Origin: Escherichia coli
Lineage (GTDB): Bacteria; Pseudomonadota; Gammaproteobacteria; Enterobacterales; Enterobacteriaceae
Assembly (NCBI RefSeq): GCF_013122565.1
Contig: NZ_CP053258.1
Strand: one strand, 5' to 3'
DNA length: 64,000 nt
The notes under the pieces were generated by a model. The model searched no databases. It was given only the letters and a program-made list of their open reading frames with translations, and was not told where the DNA came from. The position numbers were made by a program, and so were the translations under genes. Shown piece by piece: positions 59,862-64,000 of the stretch. Within the stretch, counting starts at the first letter, position 1; each line of letters begins with the position of its first letter.

Positions 59862-62024
59862 ATGACAGAAAAAGTAAAACAACATGCCGCTCCGGTAACG
59901 GGCAGTGATGAAATCGATATTGGTCGCCTGGTCGGCACCGTCATTGAAGCGCGCTGGTGGGTGATTGGCATCACCGCTGTATTCGCCCTTTGTGCCGTGG
60001 TTTACACCTTCTTCGCCACGCCGATTTATAGTGCCGACGCACTGGTACAAATCGAGCAAAGCAGCGGCAATTCGTTAGTGCAGGATATCGGATCGGCGTT
60101 AGCCAACAAACCGCCTGCATCGGACGCCGAGATCCAGTTGATTCGTTCGCGCCTGGTGCTTGGTAAAACGGTGGACGATCTCGACCTCGATATTGCGGTG
60201 AGCAAAAACACGTTCCCGATTTTCGGGGCGGGCTGGGATCGCCTGATGGGGCGTCAGAACGAGACGGTGAAAGTGACTACCTTTAACCGCCCGAAAGAGA
60301 TGGCGGACCAGGTGTTTACGCTTAATGTGCTGGACAATAAAAACTACACCCTGAGCAGCGATGGCGGCTTTAGTGCCCGTGGGCAAGCGGGCCAGATGCT
60401 GAAAAAAGAAGGCGTCACGCTGATGGTTGAAGCCATTCACGCCAGCCCGGGCAGTGAGTTTACCGTCACCAAATACTCCACGCTGGGGATGATCAACCAA
60501 CTGCAAAACAGCCTGACGGTAACGGAGAACGGCAAAGACGCAGGCGTACTGAGCCTGACTTATACCGGTGAAGATCGCGAACAGATCCGCGACATTCTTA
60601 ACAGCATCGCTCGTAACTATCAGGAACAAAATATTGAGCGCAAATCGGCGGAAGCGTCGAAAAGCCTCGCTTTCCTCGCGCAACAGTTACCGGAAGTACG
60701 CAGCCGCCTTGATGTTGCCGAAAACAAACTGAATGCCTTCCGTCAGGATAAAGATTCTGTTGATCTGCCGCTGGAAGCGAAAGCGGTGCTCGATTCGATG
60801 GTGAACATCGACGCACAGTTGAACGAACTGACCTTTAAAGAAGCGGAAATCTCCAAGCTGTTCACCAAAGTTCATCCGGCGTACCGCACGCTGTTGGAGA
60901 AACGTCAGGCGCTGGAAGACGAAAAAGCCAAACTTAACGGTCGCGTAACGGCGATGCCGAAAACCCAGCAGGAAATTGTCCGTCTGACCCGCGATGTCGA
61001 GTCTGGTCAACAGGTCTATATGCAACTGCTGAATAAAGAGCAAGAGCTGAAAATCACCGAAGCCAGCACCGTCGGCGATGTGCGCATTGTTGACCCGGCA
61101 ATCACCCAGCCTGGCGTGCTAAAACCGAAGAAAGGGCTGATTATCCTTGGGGCGATTATCCTCGGCCTGATGCTTTCTATCGTGGGTGTACTGCTGCGCT
61201 CGTTGTTTAATCGCGGTATTGAAAGCCCGCAAGTGCTGGAAGAACACGGAATCAGCGTCTATGCCAGCATCCCGCTGTCGGAATGGCAGAAAGCGCGCGA
61301 TAGCGTCAAAACCATCAAAGGGATTAAACGCTATAAACAGAGCCAGCTACTGGCGGTGGGGAATCCAACCGATCTGGCGATTGAAGCCATCCGCAGTCTG
61401 CGTACCAGTTTGCACTTCGCGATGATGCAGGCGCAGAACAATGTGTTGATGATGACCGGGGTTAGCCCGTCAATCGGTAAAACCTTTGTCTGCGCCAACC
61501 TGGCGGCGGTGATCAGCCAGACCAATAAACGCGTGTTGTTGATCGACTGCGATATGCGCAAAGGCTACACCCACGAGCTGTTGGGCACCAATAACGTCAA
61601 TGGGCTGTCGGAAATTCTGATTGGTCAGGGCGATATTACTACCGCTGCTAAACCGACCTCTATTGCCAAATTTGACCTGATCCCGCGCGGTCAGGTACCG
61701 CCAAATCCTTCTGAACTGTTGATGAGCGAACGCTTTGCCGAACTGGTGAACTGGGCGAGTAAAAACTACGACCTGGTGTTGATTGATACGCCGCCGATTC
61801 TGGCAGTGACCGATGCGGCAATTGTTGGTCGTCATGTCGGAACGACGTTAATGGTGGCGCGTTATGCGGTCAACACATTGAAAGAAGTGGAAACCAGTCT
61901 GAGCCGCTTTGAGCAAAATGGTATTCCGGTGAAAGGGGTGATTCTGAACTCCATCTTCCGCCGCGCCAGCGCGTATCAGGATTATGGCTATTACGAATAC
62001 GAATATAAGTCGGATGCGAAATAA
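59862..62024 (+). CDS. wzc: Tyrosine autokinase / polysaccharide co-polymerase Wzc
   Basis: Start MTEKVKQHAAP gives 720 aa as in K-12; Walker A (SPSIGKTF); C-terminal tyrosine-rich tail (YQDYGYYEYEY); the track ORF extends to 59826. Confidence 0.95.
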   Translation: MTEKVKQHAAPVTGSDEIDIGRLVGTVIEARWWVIGITAVFALCAVVYTFFATPIYSADALVQIEQSSGNSLVQDIGSALANKPPASDAEIQLIRSRLVLGKTVDDLDLDIAVSKNTFPIFGAGWDRLMGRQNETVKVTTFNRPKEMADQVFTLNVLDNKNYTLSSDGGFSARGQAGQMLKKEGVTLMVEAIHASPGSEFTVTKYSTLGMINQLQNSLTVTENGKDAGVLSLTYTGEDREQIRDILNSIARNYQEQNIERKSAEASKSLAFLAQQLPEVRSRLDVAENKLNAFRQDKDSVDLPLEAKAVLDSMVNIDAQLNELTFKEAEISKLFTKVHPAYRTLLEKRQALEDEKAKLNGRVTAMPKTQQEIVRLTRDVESGQQVYMQLLNKEQELKITEASTVGDVRIVDPAITQPGVLKPKKGLIILGAIILGLMLSIVGVLLRSLFNRGIESPQVLEEHGISVYASIPLSEWQKARDSVKTIKGIKRYKQSQLLAVGNPTDLAIEAIRSLRTSLHFAMMQAQNNVLMMTGVSPSIGKTFVCANLAAVISQTNKRVLLIDCDMRKGYTHELLGTNNVNGLSEILIGQGDITTAAKPTSIAKFDLIPRGQVPPNPSELLMSERFAELVNWASKNYDLVLIDTPPILAVTDAAIVGRHVGTTLMVARYAVNTLKEVETSLSRFEQNGIPVKGVILNSIFRRASAYQDYGYYEYEYKSDAK

Positions 62025-62116
62025 CGACGCCTGCATTCGCACCGCCCCGTAAGCCGGATAAGGCGCTCACGCCGCATCCGGCAAGCAAACCAGCTCATAA
62101 GCCGGGAGAACAACCT

Positions 62117-62956
62117 ATGAAAGACAATCCGCTGATCTCAATCTATATGCCGACCTGGAACCGCCAACAACTGGCGATTCGGGCGATAAAATCGGTCCTG
62201 CGCCAGGACTACAGTAACTGGGAGATGATCATCGTGGATGATTGCTCCACCTCCTGGGAACAACTGCAACAGTACGTCAGCGCCCTCAACGATCCGCGTA
62301 TCACTTACATTCACAACGACATTAACAGCGGGGCGTGCGCGGTACGTAACCAGGCGATTATGCTGGCGCAAGGGGAATACATCACCGGGATCGATGATGA
62401 TGATGAATGGACACCCAACCGTCTGAGCGTCTTCCTCGCCCATAAACAGCAACTGGTCACACACGCCTTTTTGTACGCTAACGACTACGTTTGCCAGGGC
62501 GAAGTCTATTCCCAACCGGCAAGTTTGCCACTGTATCCCAAATCGCCGTACTCACGCCGCCTGTTCTATAAACGCAATATCATTGGCAATCAGGTCTTTA
62601 CCTGGGCGTGGCGTTTCAAAGAGTGTTTGTTCGATACCGAACTGAAAGCGGCACAGGATTACGACATCTTCCTGCGGATGGTGGTGGAGTATGGCGAACC
62701 GTGGAAAGTGGAAGAGGCGACGCAGATCCTGCATATCAATCACGGTGAAATGCAGATCACCTCGTCACCGAAAAAATTCTCCGGATACTTCCACTTTTAC
62801 CGCAAGCACAAAGATAAATTTGACCGCGCCAGCAAAAAATATCAGCTGTTTACCCTCTACCAGATCCGCAATAAACGTATGACCTGGCGCACTTTGCTGA
62901 CGCTGCTGTCGGTGCGTAACGGCAAACGTCTGGCTGATGGTATTCGGGGGCGCTAA
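62117..62956 (+). CDS. wcaA: Colanic acid glycosyltransferase WcaA (GT2)
   Basis: 279 aa; GT2 motifs (DDCS, DDDDEW). Confidence 0.9.
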   Translation: MKDNPLISIYMPTWNRQQLAIRAIKSVLRQDYSNWEMIIVDDCSTSWEQLQQYVSALNDPRITYIHNDINSGACAVRNQAIMLAQGEYITGIDDDDEWTPNRLSVFLAHKQQLVTHAFLYANDYVCQGEVYSQPASLPLYPKSPYSRRLFYKRNIIGNQVFTWAWRFKECLFDTELKAAQDYDIFLRMVVEYGEPWKVEEATQILHINHGEMQITSSPKKFSGYFHFYRKHKDKFDRASKKYQLFTLYQIRNKRMTWRTLLTLLSVRNGKRLADGIRGR

Positions 62957-62958
62957 AG

Positions 62959-63447
62959 ATGCTGGAAGATCTGCGCGCCAACAGCTGGAGTTTACGCCCG
63001 TGCTGCATGGTTCTTGCCTATCGCGTCGCTCATTTTTGTTCGGTGTGGCGCAAAAAGAACGTCCTCAACAATATTTGGGCGGCCCCGCTGCTGGTGCTGT
63101 ATCGCATTATCACCGAATGCTTTTTCGGTTATGAAATCCAGGCTGCCGCGACCATTGGCCGCCGCTTTACTATCCATCACGGTTACGCCGTAGTGATCAA
63201 TAAAAACGTGGTTGCGGGGGATGATTTCACCATTCGCCATGGCGTCACTATCGGCAATCGTGGTGCCGATAACATGGCATGTCCACACATTGGCAACGGC
63301 GTCGAACTCGGTGCCAACGTCATTATTCTTGGTGATATCACGCTTGGTAACAACGTCACCGTGGGCGCGGGCAGCGTGGTGCTCGACTCTGTCCCGGACA
63401 ACGCGCTGGTGGTGGGAGAAAAAGCGCGAGTGAAGGTAATTAAATGA
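62959..63447 (+). CDS. wcaB: Colanic acid acetyltransferase WcaB (hexapeptide-repeat)
   Basis: 162 aa; left-handed beta-helix hexapeptide repeats. Confidence 0.9.
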   Translation: MLEDLRANSWSLRPCCMVLAYRVAHFCSVWRKKNVLNNIWAAPLLVLYRIITECFFGYEIQAAATIGRRFTIHHGYAVVINKNVVAGDDFTIRHGVTIGNRGADNMACPHIGNGVELGANVIILGDITLGNNVTVGAGSVVLDSVPDNALVVGEKARVKVIK

Positions 63448-64000
63448 ATATTCTGCAATTTAATGTGCGACTGGCGGAAGGCGGGGCAGCAGGTGTGGCG
63501 TTAGATCTCCACCAGCGTGCGCTGCAACAGGGGCTGGCGTCACATTTTGTCTACGGCTACGGCAAAGGCGGCAAAGAGAGCGTCAGCCATCAGAACTATC
63601 CGCAGGTCATCAAACATACGCCGCGGATGACCGCGATGGCGAACATTGCCCTGTTTCGTCTGTTTAATCGCGATCTGTTTGGCAATTTCAATGAGTTATA
63701 TCGCACCATTACTCGCACACCGGGTCCGGTGGTCCTGCATTTTCATGTGCTGCACAGCTACTGGTTGAATCTTAAGAGCGTGGTGCGCTTTTGCGAAAAA
63801 GTGAAAAACCATAAACCGGATATCACTCTGGTCTGGACGTTACACGATCACTGGAGCGTTACCGGACGCTGCGCCTTTACCGACGGTTGCGAAGGCTGGA
63901 AAACGGGCTGCCAGAAATGCCCGACCTTAAATAACTATCCGCCGGTGAAGATTGATCGCGCGCACCAGCTGGTGGCGGGCAAACGCCAGTTATTCCGCGA
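63444..64000 (+). CDS. wcaC: Colanic acid glycosyltransferase WcaC, 3'-truncated by the window end
   Basis: ATG at 63444 overlapping the wcaB stop (ATGA); open frame MNILQFNVRLAEGGAAGVALDL... runs to the window end with no stop, which is why it is absent from the ORF track. Confidence 0.8.
   Translation, partial: MNILQFNVRLAEGGAAGVALDLHQRALQQGLASHFVYGYGKGGKESVSHQNYPQVIKHTPRMTAMANIALFRLFNRDLFGNFNELYRTITRTPGPVVLHFHVLHSYWLNLKSVVRFCEKVKNHKPDITLVWTLHDHWSVTGRCAFTDGCEGWKTGCQKCPTLNNYPPVKIDRAHQLVAGKRQLFR

Noticed and set aside
1-64000. tRNA, rRNA and CRISPR arrays
   Set aside because: No cloverleaf-like tRNA candidates, rRNA-like sequence or short repeat-spacer arrays were recognised anywhere in the window; the P2-type attachment site here is an sRNA 3' end, not a tRNA.

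Overview
The window is E. coli chromosome, in reverse orientation relative to the K-12 map, and splits into two parts. (1) 1..~27159 is the right ~27 kb of a P2-like prophage: replication gene A, an AT-rich cargo locus, the 19-nt cos site, then a P2-collinear virion and lysis module (Q P | O N M L X Y K lysA lysB/lysC R S V W J I H G | invertase switch | FI FII E/E' T U D ogr), ending at an attR core that overlaps the 3' end of the sRNA gene cyaR. Gene order and protein lengths match P2 almost one-for-one, from memory of the P2 map. (2) 27.2..64 kb is host backbone: yegQ, a ParD/ParE-like pair, yegP, baeSR, mdtABCD, three tandem ibs/sib type I toxin-antitoxin repeats, yegL-pphC-yegJ-yegI, yegD, alkA, dgcE, udk, dcd, asmA, yegH, and the start of the colanic acid cluster (wza wzb wzc wcaA wcaB wcaC'). 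The main candidate for a new system is the single 739-aa minus-strand gene at 2516..4735, sitting alone between gene A and cos where P2 carries old/tin. It is strongly AT-rich and encodes a split ABC/SMC-type ATPase head with a long coiled-coil insert, a CxxC motif and a C-terminal domain with an Rx6H motif, which suggests a PrrC/RloC-like abortive-infection nuclease; this is inferred from motifs only. A second notable feature is a Hin/Gin-type invertase with 26-bp gix-like inverted sites that can swap the tail-fibre C-terminus and its chaperone. No database search or alignment was run: gene names rest on recalled protein lengths, motifs and synteny, and coordinates of short sites that I read by hand may be off by a few bases.
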